Shown: positions 1 to 13,131 of the stretch, in pieces
Position numbering within the stretch: position 1 is the stretch's first letter
How the letters are laid out: the number at the start of each line of letters is the position of its first letter
Assembly: GCF_006345805.1 (NCBI RefSeq)
Contig: NC_043001.1
Span: 135,036,001-135,100,000, forward strand
Direction: 5' to 3'
Length of the DNA stretch: 64,000 nucleotides
Source of the DNA: Octopus sinensis
Lineage: Eukaryota
Notes under the pieces: model-generated
What the model saw: the letters and a program-made list of their open reading frames with translations, nothing else
Told to the model about the DNA's origin: nothing
Databases searched by the model: none
Position numbers and translations under genes: made by a program

Positions 1-57
1 CTTACTTACTCAGTCAAATAACGATTTTAACTAACTCCAAATATTTTCCTAATCAGC

Positions 58-535
58 AGGGCGTTGACCTGCCAGAACCGTTAGCACACCAGGGAAAATA
101 TTTAGCGGCATTTTGTCCGTCTTTACGTTCTAAGTTCAAATTCCACCGGGATCGACGTTGTCTTTCATCCTATCGAGGCTGATAAAATAAGTACAAGTTG
201 AACAATGTATATTTCTTTACTACCCACAAGGGGCTAAACACAGAGAGAACAAAGAAGGACAGACAAACGGATTAAGTCGATTATATCGACCCCAGTGAGT
301 AACTGGTACTTAATTTATCGACCCCGAAAGGATGAAAGGCACAGTCGACCTCGGCGGAATTTGAACTCAGAACGTAACGGCTGACGAAATACGGCTACGT
401 ATTTCGCCCGGCGTGCTAACGTTTGTGCCAGCTCGCCGCCTTGTGCCAGCTCGCCGCCTTTAAGTTGAACAATGTAATCGACTTTCCCCCCATATCGCCG
501 AAATTACTGGCCTGGTGCCGAAATTTGAAACCAAT
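58..535 (+). mobile_element. Old SINE-B copy (short tail variant), interrupted by a younger SINE-B
   Basis: Degenerate head (gccagaaccgttagcac...aagttcaaattcc), central ctttcatcc...gataaaataagtac, tail ggcctggtgccgaaatttgaaacca. Confidence 0.8.
210..460 (-). mobile_element. SINE-B (tRNA-derived, long tail) nested in older SINE-B
   Basis: Full match to other copies; 15-bp TSD aagttgaacaatgta at 195-209 and 462-476; 18-bp duplication of the head. Confidence 0.92.
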
Positions 536-1127
536 AATTTTTTAAATCAGTTTATTTACCCGCTTGGAAACACTAAAAATGATCCAACTAACTCGTCTTT
601 AATACCCATTCGGTTGCCTTAACATATGAGAAAAAAGAAAAAAAAAAAAAAAAAGAAACCCGAAGAACTCTCAGTTTTCAAAATAACGATGACTAATTTA
701 CAAGTAAAACGCTATAAGACTATAGCTAGCATGTTATATAAGTTGGATTTTATTAACGTAATGCAGCAGAATTGTTTTCTTCAAATGCCGTTGTTAAACA
801 GATAATGGTACTGGAGATTCATGGAGAGTATTTCTAGTATAAAATATAAAGATTGTTCGTGCAAGAAGACTTATGAAATACTTCAGATTAAATTGCAAAT
901 TGAAAATAACGTCTGTGTGAGGTTTCAACTGATAGATGCGGTGAAGAACGAACGGAAAAGGTGAAGCCCAATATCTTACAGATTCCGAAAAGCCATGCAT
1001 GTTATATGCTGCTATTAGATTTGCAAATGCTTATTGACACAGGAAGAAAAAAAGTTTACACTGAAAGACAAATATTTTCTTATTAAATTCACAGAATATA
1101 CAGAAAATTTCTTTAATAAGTTTCGAA

Positions 1128-1679
1128 AAGCGCAGGCATGGTCGTATAGTAAGAAGTTTGCTTTCCAGTCACATGGTTTCGGGTTCAGTGCCACTGCGTA
1201 GTACCATGGGCAAGTGTCTTTCCTGTATAGCATCGAGTTGGACAAATAATTGTGAGTGGATTTGGTAGGTAGAAATTGAAAAGAAAACCGATTATATATG
1301 GCGGCGAGCTGGCAGAATCGTTAGCACGCCGGGCGAAATGCGTAGCCGTATTTCGTCTGTCGTTACGTTCTGAGTTCAAATTCCGCCGAGGTCGACTTTG
1401 CCTTTCATCCTTTCGGGGTCGATAAATTAAGTACCAGTTACGCACTGGGGTCGATATAATAGACTTAATCCCTTTGTCTGTCCTTGTTTGTCCCCTCTGT
1501 GTTTAGCCCCTTGTGGGTAGTAAAGAAATATATAAATGTATGTATGTGTATGTGTGTGCGTATGTGTATTTGTACTTGTGTCAGTCTCCTCACCACTTGA
1601 AAACCTGTGTTGTTTCATTTACGTTCCTTCAAGGCGTTGCTCTAGAACGGCCACAGTAATAACTGAAACATGTAAAAGG
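1128..1679 (+). mobile_element. Old SINE-C copy with SINE-B inserted in its internal microsatellite
   Basis: Head with gggttcagtgcc B-box and tgggcaagtgtctt core; 3' part resumes after 1530 and ends aactgaaacatgtaaaag. Confidence 0.8.
1299..1530 (+). mobile_element. SINE-B, full length
   Basis: ggcggcgagctggcagaatcgttagc...gagttcaaattcc...gccccttgtgggtagtaaagaaata. Confidence 0.93.
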
Positions 1680-2088
1680 GATTACTGATTTAAGATGGCA
1701 GAAATTAATGTAAAGATTATAGTGCAAAAGCTGAAGAAAACATTTCAAACACACTTTTCTTCTAATTCGTTCAGAGAAAAATGTTCGTGGAAAAAAAAGT
1801 TGGCAAAAATTTTTTCATAAAACATACATCGTAGGATTAGAAATATGGCCTAAGGAAAACAGCTTCGAAGAGCGTTCTTTGTATCAAATACAAATATAGC
1901 AGAGTTTTTTTGTGCGTAATTATAGTGAATTGATAAGCTACGATTAATTGAGATCGTTCAAGCAATTATGAGTAAAAGCTCCCTTTAGGGATGGGTGTTT
2001 AAACGGAGAAAGTTCCAATAACATCAGCCGCTGAAATTTTTGGAAAATAAAGACAATACAGATAGGAGGGATCTGAGGCAGCTAGCTG

Positions 2089-2090
<2 letters not shown>

Positions 2091-2142
<52 letters not shown>
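2091..2142. repeat. (GA)n microsatellite
   Basis: Pure GA run. Confidence 0.98.
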
Positions 2143-2146
<4 letters not shown>

Positions 2147-4193
2147 GAGAGAGACTGATCGTTATGTGGAATTAAGTATTTTGCTAAAGAGCACAATTGC
2201 ATACGAATAAAGAATTCATAATCCTAACGCCAGATTCCTGACGCCATTGAGTCTGCATTGTCGCAGATAACTTAGATATACTGAGTCATCAATAGTCCTA
2301 AGTTAGATAATATTAATTCCAAAATACACAATTTCGGCATACATGAATTTGGTAATTTTAGAGCAGGAAGTAAAAGCATCACACGGGAGGAATTTTTGGT
2401 ACAAGAAATATTTCTTACTGCAGAACCAGCAAACACATTTTTTTTCTGCCTGTTTTTCTACTTCTTCCTTAATCAATATGAAAGAGGGAAAACGGAAATT
2501 TAAGATTAGGGTTGCTCAGAAAACGTTGAAAATTTTTTCCTATTTATTCCAAGTTCTCTCCTTGGCAGAATTTGGAATAAATAGAAAAAAAAAAAAAAAG
2601 TATATTTAATCTGTATTTCATGGCATTTAAATGAATTATGAATGTCTGAATATCGATTTACTTTGATTGGGTGGGAGGTGTAGATGATTCAATTGATCAT
2701 GAAAAGATGAAAGGGAAATTCACCGTGGCGGTATTTTGAACCCAGAAAACAAGATTAAAACATGGTTTCTGCCAACTTGATAATTCATTGTATAACAAAT
2801 TAGAGAATACTTCACTAAAAAATTTTCCAAATAAAAAAAAAATTAAATAAATATGTGACTTTGCCAAGATAAACGAAAAAAAAAAAAAAGAAAGAAAAAT
2901 AATAGAAATAATTTATTTGAACATTTGAACGTGTATGCGCGGATAAATTGAATTCATAAAAAAAATATACAAGAATAGAGGGGCGATTCTGTGTCGCCGA
3001 ATCACCGATACTGCTAACATTGCATTCAGACAAGTGTTTCTAATTTAGCTTTTTTGGAACAAAATCTCTCTTTCTCTTTTAAAAATTTAAGTGCAGCTGC
3101 TCATAATTTACTGCCCTGCTCCTAATTAAGCCCCAATTTTAATTAAGTGACTTTCTTGTTCACTTCTTTCTTCCATTCATATAAAACATAATAGAAATGC
3201 ACGTGAAAGCATTTGTGAAGAATTTTGAAAATCGTTCAGTTTTTATATAAGCAAGGTCCAGTTTGGTACCAGGGTGATTGCAGTACTGTTTTCGACATTT
3301 CAGTTTCACGTTTTTAATCTACCAGTTTCACTTTACCAAGCTGCAGCTGGCGCAGAATTTTTATTCCTATAGTACATTTGAAAGAACAATTTTACACATT
3401 TAAAAAATAATCTAATATCAGTGTAACATTTTATTATTTAAAGAAGAGAAATAAATCATTTATACAATAGGAACAATCTTCCGGTTTATTGATAATTGAG
3501 TTGGTTTATGAAAAAACTGAGAAGTTATAGTCAATACAGAGAAATGTGAAGAACTTTCAATGTATTTTTGCTCGATACATATCTACAAAAGATTCTTTGG
3601 TAACAAATTCACAACTGTCCTTTTTTTGATTTCATTTTCTGGATCGATATTCATGGATCGATATTCATGTTTGTCGGAGCGACGAGGACTATCTGATTAT
3701 GCGAGGATATCTAGTGCGCGCCGTCAACTTCCTTCTCTCGTCCGTGACCATCTTCAATTCAATGGCAAGACCAAGTCAGGACGTAGGAGATGGATACGGA
3801 TTCAATGGTTGACCAAAATGTCTTATTTGCTCCATCTTGTTCTCTGCATTCCACAATGTTTTGCTACATCTGTTTTCCTCTCTGTTGAATCATGAAAGTT
3901 TCTTTGTAGAATCCACCTGATCCAGTCTTCATTTTTGTATAGGTAGGTAAGCCCCAATATACTAATTAATCCATAGCTGAGAACCTGGCAGATGATACTT
4001 ACGCTATGTTAGACAAGACCTGGGTACACTAATAGCTAAGAGCTGGTTCGACATAACTATAACATGTATATAATTATGTTCTATATAATATATAAACTAT
4101 GTACTAAATGTGTTTATTGTAAATTAAATTTATTTAAAAAATCATGAAGAACTCATGTTCAGGATATGGTGTTGCATAACGTTATATACAGAA

Positions 4194-4562
4194 CTAGCAG
4201 TATCGCCCGGCGTTGTTCGGGTTTGTATGGGAAATAACTATAGAAGCATTTTTAGAGTTATAGCCAAAAAATGCATTAAAAATTATGGTAAATTTTTTTT
4301 TAAATCGTTGACTCATCGTAGACATTTTTAGAGAGTTACCTCCTTATATAATAGCGAAAAAATGCATTAAAATGGAAAAAATGGTAAATATTTTTTTAAA
4401 TCGTAGACTCATCGTAGACGTGCGCTAATACCCAGAAGGGCTCGATATGAATGACGACTATAAGATACCCGCTTTGGGTTAAACAGCACCGCAAAATGTG
4501 GGAGTAGTTAGGAATCTAAATCGTAGGAGACAGACACACAACTTGACTTTTATATATACAGA
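4194..4562 (-). mobile_element. Non-autonomous Helitron, subfamily 1
   Basis: On minus strand: 5' TC, subterminal hairpin cccgaacaacgccggg, 3' CTAG; no TSD; multiple copies in window. Confidence 0.87.
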
Positions 4563-5123
4563 ATGTATTGAAATTTGTGTTAAAATTATTTTAAAATTAC
4601 AAAAATCTTACTTTCTATTTATTATATAATGATTAAACTTCATTTTGATCATGTATATATCGTTGATCCAAAATTGTAAATAATTCACAAAAACCAAAAT
4701 TATAAACTGTATTCACGATTCAATTTCATTATTGTCACGTTCCAGTGATGAAAGAATATCGCATTTTTAGAATACACACAAACTCATTTGGAAAATAATT
4801 ATAGAAACTGTTATTGTATTTAAATTTTGTTAGTCAATATTAAAATATTTAGCTATTTTATTAGCTTCAAATTTTCACTTGAAACACTTTTTTAGCTCCT
4901 TTTTTTCGACAAATTCAGTTCCTTTTGAACATATTCAATTAAACACTACTGATTCAGATGACATGTAACAAATAAAAAGCACCGTCTTTTTTCTTTGTAT
5001 ACGAAGGTAATGAAGCAAAGCTGTTTTCGATCAAAGGGATTTAGATACTGTCGTTTATTACACACATGTGAGTGAGAAAACTTTGAGATATTTTTGGTAT
5101 CTAACATATGTCAGATACTGCGA

Positions 5124-5226
5124 GCGCTGCTTCTGATTGGTCAATCCATGGTGATGACCCGAGGTCACGGTGACAGCGCTGCTTCTGATTGGTCAATACA
5201 TGGTGATGACCCGAGGTCACGGTGAC
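5124..5226. repeat. Tandem duplication of a ~53-bp unit containing a reverse CCAAT box
   Basis: gcgctgcttctgattggtcaat(c/a)catggtgatgacccgaggtcacggtgac twice. Confidence 0.92.
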
Positions 5227-5322
5227 GGCACTACTTTTGTCATTCATAAGTTACAACTAAATGTGAAGAATTTAGTTATTGGGTTAATAAAATATGGTCG
5301 TTTATTCGTGTGTAATAAATAA

Positions 5323-5426
5323 AATACCAAACTCATTCTCTATGGATACCGTATTTATTACAACGAGTGACTTACAAGCCACGAGTTGTAATAAATACGG
5401 TATCCATAGGGAATGAGTTTGGTATT
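5323..5426. repeat. ~104-bp near-perfect palindrome
   Basis: aataccaaactcattctctatggataccgtatttattacaac / gttgtaataaatacggtatccatagggaatgagtttggtatt with a partly paired 20-nt centre. Confidence 0.93.
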
Positions 5427-6540
5427 CTCTATGTCATACACAGTCTCTGTGAACTGAAGATAAAACTCAGAGTAGTTTCAGCTCGGCCCTAATCAGCCAT
5501 TCCTTCTTGAAACCGAGATTTTATTGGAAACATTTGAAGTTTGATAAATAAATATAAATTGTTTAATTCGTTTTAAAAACCACGCATTGTAACGCTTCCT
5601 CGTGTTTTTTCTCTTTCAAATATTAAAAACATATCCTTTCTGAATAACATTTCTGTTGAAATATTTGAGACAAAAACAATGAGACAGCCTCCACGCAAAC
5701 ACAATAGAAACTCTCTCTCCCTTCCATAGATTCATATCTATCAACTAACAAACACATCCGTCCATTTGACGGTTTAAGTTGCTTTGGTAGTATTTTTTTT
5801 TCACCAGATAATTGAACTACCGAAAAGGTTTATGAGTAGCACGGGGATCTATGTTTCCGATTAACCTAGGAACGGAAAATCAAATTGAAGGCTAGTTATC
5901 GTAGAGGTCGTTGCACTTTAATGATCATAGAACATATGTTTGCAAGTGATGCAAAGTAGAGTTACTGAAGTAGATTACGGATAATGACTTCAAACTATAA
6001 TCGTTTTACATGAAAGCGAAATTTCTTGTAAGGAAATTGAAGGAAGACGTTGAAACTTACCCTCTGCAAATTTATTTTATTCAACAGCAAAAGGAGCTAT
6101 TTTTTCGGAGAGATAAGCTAACAAAAGACCCTTTATTCTGTCTTCCCACATAACCTGCGCATAAACTAACAGCGAATGCGGCATAAAGTTAAATTGGTAT
6201 GGAGTTTTCTGAAAGATACGTATAGCTTTCGCTAGTGGAAGCAAAACACATATTTAAAGGTTGAGTCATATGCGATTGTTTAAAAAAGGCTAGAACGACA
6301 ATGCCAAAACGTATTTGAAACAATGGACAACGGTCGAAATATCATAATGGATGGGTAAATAAGTATCCTTAAAGTGAAACAATGTATTCGTAGGTAAACA
6401 AAGGTATCAACAAATAGAAGAGAAGGAAGGGAACATTACCTTTCAAGTAACTCAGAATAGGTAAAGGTAAGCTTGCCAAAGTTTAATGCAGTTTAAATAT
6501 GGAGATTAAGATTGTTTGGTATTGGATATTCATCGCATAC

Positions 6541-7070
6541 AGTGTCCTTAGTCAATTTAATCCGCGTCGTAGATGTACACTCGAAATAAATAGAGAAAAT
6601 CCTTTCACTTTTATAAAAAGATTAAAAATGTATGACAGACCCTACATACAAAAAAATTATGTCCATTTACGTCCCTTTACGCGGAAGCTCTGGGCAAAAT
6701 ATCATTGTGCAAGTAATGTGTGTGTAAAGTTTGGGGAAAATCGGTTGAGAACTGTGGAAATTTATGCGTTCAGTGTTCCTAGTCAATTCAGTCACCGTCG
6801 CAGATGAACAGTCGAAATAAAGAAATAGACAAAATCTTTTCACTTTTATAAAAAAAGATTTAAAAAGTATGGAAGACCCTACATACAAAAACCTATGTCC
6901 ATTTACGTCCGTTTACGCAGGAGTTCTGGGTAAAATGTTATAGTGCATGACCATCCTTGTGACACAAGTGATGTGTGTGTAAAGTTTGGTGAAAATCGGT
7001 TGAGAATTGTGGAAATGTATGCGTTAGTCATTATACACACACATACTGTGATTTATATATACTAGACTAG
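6541..7070 (-). mobile_element. Helitron-like 5' segment with two diverged ~230-250-bp tandem units
   Basis: Units start at 6541 and 6771; both carry gtgtgtgtaaagtttgg..aaaatcggttga, similar to 7413-7445 in Helitron subfamily 2; ends in tttatatatactaga. Confidence 0.6.
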
Positions 7071-7140
7071 ATAAAACATTATGTTACTTTGAAAACTTCT
7101 GTTTTAACAATGGATAACTAGTATTGCTATGTATGTAATA

Positions 7141-7523
7141 CTAGCAGTATCGCCCGGCGTTGCTAAGGTTTGTAAGGGAAATAACTATAAAGCATTTTTA
7201 GAGAGTTATAGCCAAAAAATAGCAAAAAAATGGAAAAAAAATGATGGTAAATTTTTTTGAGAGTTAAAAAGGTGGAGTTGCGTCCCCTAGACGGTCTGTG
7301 GTTTGGGTTTCTGATTCTCGACCCCATGTCGAATTTATCGATTTTTTTCAGAACTGGGGGAACTTTTCAAAATTTTCGCTGCGTTAGTTTTGAATTATGA
7401 CATTGGGCTATGTGTGTGTCAAGTTTCATTAGAATCGGTTGAAAGCCGTGGTCAGGGTGAGGGTACAAGCAAACAGACACACAGAAACACGCACAGACAA
7501 ACTGCCGTTTATATAGAGAGAGA
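7141..7523 (-). mobile_element. Non-autonomous Helitron, subfamily 2
   Basis: Same 3' hairpin and CTAG end as subfamily 1, different 5' body; matches 28292-28669. Confidence 0.87.
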
Positions 7524-7717
7524 TGTCGATATTGACTGCTTAAATTAGCACGAAATACATTTATAAGTGGGATCTAAGAGAGTTACTTGATGTTCATGCC
7601 TTTACCATGAACACCAACAAAAAGTAGCTACAGAATCAATACAAAACACTGGGTCGCAGATTTATAGAGGAAGGCGAAATGAGACAGCATGATGTGCATT
7701 CGTCTTAGTAGAATAGC

Positions 7718-8112
7718 TATCTTTTATCTTTTATCTCTTGTTTCAGTCATTGAACTGCAGTCACATTGGGGCACTGCCTTGAAGGGTTTAGGTTAACAAA
7801 TCAACCTCAGTACTTTTGTTTTTAAAGTTCGGTATCCTATCATTCTCTTTTTGCTGAACCGCTAAGTTAGGGGACATATACAAGCCAGCATCGGTTGTTA
7901 AGCGGTGTAGGGGAACAAACAGAATCACTCATATACCCACATATATGATGGGTTTCACATAGTTCCCGTCTACCAAATCCACTCACAAGGCATTAGTGAG
8001 CTCGGGACTATAGTAGAAGATACTTGCCTAAGGTACCATGCAGGGGGAGCGAACCTGAAATCAAATGGTTGCAAAGCGAACTTCTTAACCATATATATAG
8101 TCGTGTCTGTGC
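7718..8112 (-). mobile_element. Old SINE-C copy
   Basis: Diverged match to SINE-C along its full length. Confidence 0.8.
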
Positions 8113-8638
8113 CCATTTTCTCTTCTTTACTTTTTTTTTATTCTGAGAATTCCTGTGTAACGGAAATATAATGAAAGTATTACAGGCGAGAATCGAGATT
8201 GAACAAGGAATACGTTTCAACCGAAGCTGTATAACACCGACACGAAAGGCGTGTTATTATTATTATTATTATTTTTTATTTTTACAATGATGACACACGC
8301 AGGCACGGAGAGAGTAAAGTTTCCTTCCATATGGAAAAAAAGATTTATCGACTTATTGCATGCCACGTTCTCATGAACAGACTGTTTACAACCTGTCTGA
8401 ATCAATTTCTCTACGACCAGCATAAATGTATTGATGACTCGTTGGAAGCTGAACACGATCTTACACAAATGAAGGTATATTATTTGGGGCGAAGGAAGCA
8501 ACAAAAATAAGTTGAAAAGTTTAGTAGAGTAAGCAGAATCGAATTTGAATCCACAAATGTATTTATCTTATGAATCTTCAGTCTTTATGAGACTTCTGGC
8601 GTTCTATTTATAATAGAAATTCGATCATATTGACTTCT

Positions 8639-9040
8639 TACTCTTTTACTCTTTTACTTGTTTCAGTCATTTGACTGCGGCCATGCTGGAGCACCGCCTT
8701 TAATCGAGCAACTCGACCCCGGGACTTATTCTTTTTGTAAGCCCAGTACTTATTCTATCGGTCTCTTATGCCGAACCGCTAAGTAACGGGGACGTAAACA
8801 CACCAGCATCGGTTGTCAAGCAATGCTAGGGAGACAAACACAGACACACACACACATATATATATATACATATATACGACAGGCTTCTTTCAGTTTCCGT
8901 CTACCAAATCCACTCACAAGGCATTGGTCGGCCCGGGGCTATAGCAGAAGACGCTTGCCCAAGGTGCCACGCAGTGGGACTGAACCCGGAACCATGTGGT
9001 TGGTAAACAAGCTACTTACCACACAGCCACTGCTGCGCCT
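8639..9040 (-). mobile_element. SINE-C (tRNA head, CORE-like block, internal (TA/TG)n, (aaagagt)n tail)
   Basis: Minus strand aggcgcagcagtggctgtgtggtaag...gggttcagtccc...ccttgggcaag; near-identical copies elsewhere. Confidence 0.93.
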
Positions 9041-9348
9041 TTATATTTATTTATCTGCTAATATTGTTGATACCTAACTGTTCGAAGCCAATCATATTTA
9101 CTTCAAATATAGAAAGTATGTTATGACAGAAACGATAGACCATGGACGCAAACTAGGTTAAGACGTTCGCTTCACAACCACGTGTTCTGGGTTCGATTCC
9201 ATTGCACAAAAACGAGGCAAATATCTTTTACCACTGTTTCAACCTCACCAATAACTTTTGAGACGAATTCAGTATTCAAAAACTGTGCAAAAAACGCCCG
9301 CCCATCGTAATGTTTGTATGGTCTCCCCTCTCTCTCTCTCTCTCTTTC

Positions 9349-9389
<41 letters not shown>

Positions 9390-9440
9390 ACATACATACA
9401 TACATGCATACATATACATACATACACACACGCACACACA

Positions 9441-10220
9441 TACACGAGAGTGAACCGAAAGTGAAGTGAGCGTAATTGTTTTAACTAACATAGATCGTTC
9501 AAACTGCACATCTTGTCAGAGTACATCTTTCTCTGTAGTAATTCTTTCTTTATCCTGTTTTATTTTTCATATAATGGTTCCAAGTACAAGCAATATGTCG
9601 TCATTAAGTTCTTGACGAAGGGGTGTAAGATGGGAAGTTGCAGGCTTTCCGACGTCCACGGAAGGCTACAGGTTGTTTTGAGAGATGACACCATTGACAG
9701 GGACAATGTGCGTAGATGAAAGAAGATTAAAGATGAAGAAAAACTAGCAGTGAAAACAAGACATGCACTGATAGACCATTAAGTGCTACCGTTGATACAA
9801 ATCGCTTGCGAATGGACGAATTGATTCACTAAATAGGCGAATCACAATCCATGAACTGGAAAGTGAGTATGAAGTGGGCATCTTGGCAGCTGAAACTCGA
9901 TTTGAAAGAGAGAAGGGTGGAAGCCAATGAAGACACGTTACGGTTTCTTTCCGATCTGGTGACAGAAGATAAAAGACGACTGTACCTTTATGATCCGGAA
10001 ACGAAGGTCCAGTAAATAGAATGATGTGGCAGATCCAAGACCTAAGAAGTTCAAGGTCCAGCAATCATTAAGGTGACTTATTTTGTATAACAAGGGCATT
10101 GTTCTCTTTTATTTTGGTACATTGAGACGCTAAAAATGCTTAGAGAAGCCATTAGGAGGAAGAGATCGATCAAGAATCTGAAAATGATCCATATCCATGT
10201 CAATGCAAGACCTCTTTTTT
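9441..10220 (+). pseudogene. Mariner-type transposase fossil
   Basis: KQYVVIKFLTKG...DVHGRLQVVLRDDTIDRDNVRR resembles the mariner N-terminal HTH; later NRRITIHEL and YIETLKMLREAI; many stops and frameshifts. Confidence 0.65.
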
Positions 10221-10223
10221 TTA

Positions 10224-10606
10224 TGGAAGCACTCCATCGGTTACGACGATGAGAGTTCCGGTTGATCCGAATCAACGGAACAGCCTGCTCGTGAAATTAA
10301 CGTGTAAGCGGCTGAGCACTCCACAGACACGTGCACCCTTAACGTAGTTCTCGGGGATATTCAGCGTCACACAGAGAGTGACAAGGTCGGCCCCTTGAAA
10401 TACAGGTACAACAGAAACAGGAAGTAAGAGTGAGAGCAAGTTGTGGTGAAAGAGTACAGCAGGGATCACCACCATCCCCTGCCAGAGCCTCGTGGAGCTT
10501 TTAGGTGTTTTCGCTCAATAAACACTCACAACGCCCGGTCTGGGAATCGAAACCGCGATCCTATGACCGTGAGTCCGCCGCCCTAACCACTGGGCCATTG
10601 CGCCTC
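10224..10606 (-). mobile_element. SINE-A, tail type 1
   Basis: tRNA-like head with A box (tggcccagtgg) and B box (ggtttcgattcc); ~383 bp; many near-identical copies. Confidence 0.94.
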
Positions 10607-11056
10607 TATTCAACTATATACTGTAATAACAAATAATGATTTTTTTTATCATGATATGTGAATATAAACTCAGCAAGTTTAAGCTGGTGTGCGATGCAGA
10701 AACAAATGTGATCTACTCTTAAAGCCCGATATCCTCCATTCTTGTGTTATATTATTCTTATATTAATTTTATGCTAGGAGGAGTTCCACATGTGTATCCA
10801 GCCCTGGAAAATACCTTTCTATAGAATAACATCTGGTCGCCAAATAACGGCATAAAAAGCTCTTAAATGCACGTAACGAGGTTTTTACTCGAATTGTATT
10901 AAATGTCCTTATACACATACATAGGTACTGGGAGACGCTTCTTCCCCTCAAACTTCCGAGTTCAACTCCTACATACGTTTATGATTTTTTTCGTTGGTAA
11001 TGGTTTTCTGTGCACGCGCGCACACACGCACGCAAACACGCACATAAACAAATAAT

Positions 11057-11379
11057 CACACACACACACACACACGTAAATGTTTTCCCAAATAAAAGTT
11101 CACTGAAACAACTGTAAGCTAATGAATTTCATGACACAATTTGTTATTCCTCTGTCATTTTAATTTCTTTTACACACGCTCGCACACGCGCCCGCACACT
11201 CACACTCACACACACACACACACACACCACACACACACACACACGTAAATGTTTTCCCAAATAAAAGTTCACTGAAACAACTGTAAGCTAATGAATTTCA
11301 TGACACAATTTGTTATTCCTCTGTCATTTTAATTTCTTTTACACACGCTCGCACACGCGCCCGCACACTCACACTCACA

Positions 11380-11420
<41 letters not shown>
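11057..11420. repeat. Exact ~170-bp tandem duplication bounded by (CA)n
   Basis: cgtaaatgttttcccaaataaaagtt...cgcgcccgcacactcacactc appears twice with no visible differences. Confidence 0.93.
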
Positions 11421-11422
<2 letters not shown>

Positions 11423-11524
11423 CAAGATAAACAACTTTCGTCTTCCTTCCAATCAACTTCGAATGAGAATAAATAAATGATGTGCAAACTGAATATTTAA
11501 TCTAGTTGATATAAATGATATAAA

Positions 11525-11592
11525 TAATATAATATAATATAATATAATATAATATAATATAATATAATATAATATAATATAATATAATATAT
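11525..11592. repeat. (ATAAT)n pentanucleotide microsatellite, with inverse (TATAT)n-type run at 11650-11690
   Basis: Direct reading. Confidence 0.95.
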
Positions 11593-11694
11593 ATCATCAA
11601 CGGTCGTTAACGGATGATGATGATATATAAAAATATATATTATGTTGTATTATATTATATTATATTGTATTATATTATATTATATTATATCATA

Positions 11695-12093
11695 CTAGCA
11701 GTATCGCCCGGCGTTGCTCGGGTTTGTAAGGGAAATAACTATATAAGCATTTTTAGAGATGTAAAGTATAATAGCCATCTCAATATGGCTAACCACAAAG
11801 GGGGAGGGGTGTTACTGTAGCTTTTTACGTTCTGAGATTTAATAATAAATTTTTAGGGAGTTACTTCCCTTATATATGCCAAAAATGCATTAAAAATGGG
11901 AAAAATTGATGGTAAATTATTTTTAAAATCGTAGACTCATCGTAGACGCGCGCTAATACCCAGAAGGGCTCGATATGAATCACGACTATAAGATACCCGG
12001 TTTTGGTTAAACTGCACCGCAAAATGTGGGAGTAGTTAGGAATCTAAATCGTAGGAGACAGACAGCACACAACCTCACTTTTATATATAAAGA
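11695..12093 (-). mobile_element. Non-autonomous Helitron, subfamily 1 variant with captured segment
   Basis: TC...hairpin...CTAG, inserted between A and T; 11759-11850 replaces the usual internal repeat. Confidence 0.87.
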
Positions 12094-12588
12094 TTATGTT
12101 ATATATATCAACTATGACTAAGTGTTCAGTTTGAACGCCATCAGTGCATTCATTTATTTATTCTCATTAGTTGCTGATTAGAGAGAGCGGGCGGAAGTTG
12201 TGTGTCTTATTGTGTAGCAACGGTTTGGCAAGGTCATGGAGTGTGCTTGATATCATTAGTATTACTGATATCATTGTAATATCAATACATTCCTCTTGTG
12301 GCAGCAGATGGTATTAAACGGTTGGATACAAACGTCGTTTATTATATACTTATATACTGTGTCTATGTTTATAATGTTTGTCCAAAAATGTCTTGTATTG
12401 AATTATTACTTTGATGATATTAGCATAAAATTTACATATTTATTCTTTTCTTCTATTTGTTTCAGTCATTAGACTGCGGCCATGCTGGTGCAGCGCCTTG
12501 AAGAGTTTTTAGTGAAATGAATCGACCCCACTAATTTATTATTTTATATTTTTTTAAAGCTTGATACTTATTCTTGCTTGATACTTAT

Positions 12589-12634
12589 TCTCTCTCTCTC
12601 TCTTTTTCTCTCTCTCTTTCTTTCTCTCTCTCGT

Positions 12635-12674
<40 letters not shown>

Positions 12675-12813
12675 TCATTCATTCATCCATTCTTTCTTTC
12701 TCTCTCTCGTTCTTCTTTCTTTCTTTCTTTCTATCTTTCTTTCTTTCTTTCTCTCTCTCTTTCTCTCTTTCTTTCTTTCTTTCTTTCTTTCTTTCATTCA
12801 TCCATTCATCCAT

Positions 12814-12854
<41 letters not shown>

Positions 12855-12880
12855 TTTCTTTCTTTCTTTCTTTCTTTCTC
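12589..12880. repeat. Polypyrimidine (CT)n/(CTTT)n/(CATT)n compound microsatellite
   Basis: Direct reading; adjoins a SINE-C 3' fragment at 12445-12580. Confidence 0.96.
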
Positions 12881-13070
12881 TGGGAAGATTTTTTTAGAAT
12901 TATGTCTCAGTACGTCATGATGGATTTGAAATCTCTTGGTTCCAATATCTATTTTCACTTCCCGGACGAAAAGATAACGTGTATTTAGATCAAAAGATCT
13001 GTACTGAAATTGCGTGAGCGAGCATATTTATCTGTCTCTCTGTCTGTCTGTATCTATCTTAATATATATT

Positions 13071-13131
<61 letters not shown>

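Noticed and set aside
3640-3951. GC-richer segment ending in a donor-like aggtaggtaag as a host exon
   Set aside because: No clear acceptor, no recognisable protein, stops in alternative frames; a non-coding exon cannot be excluded
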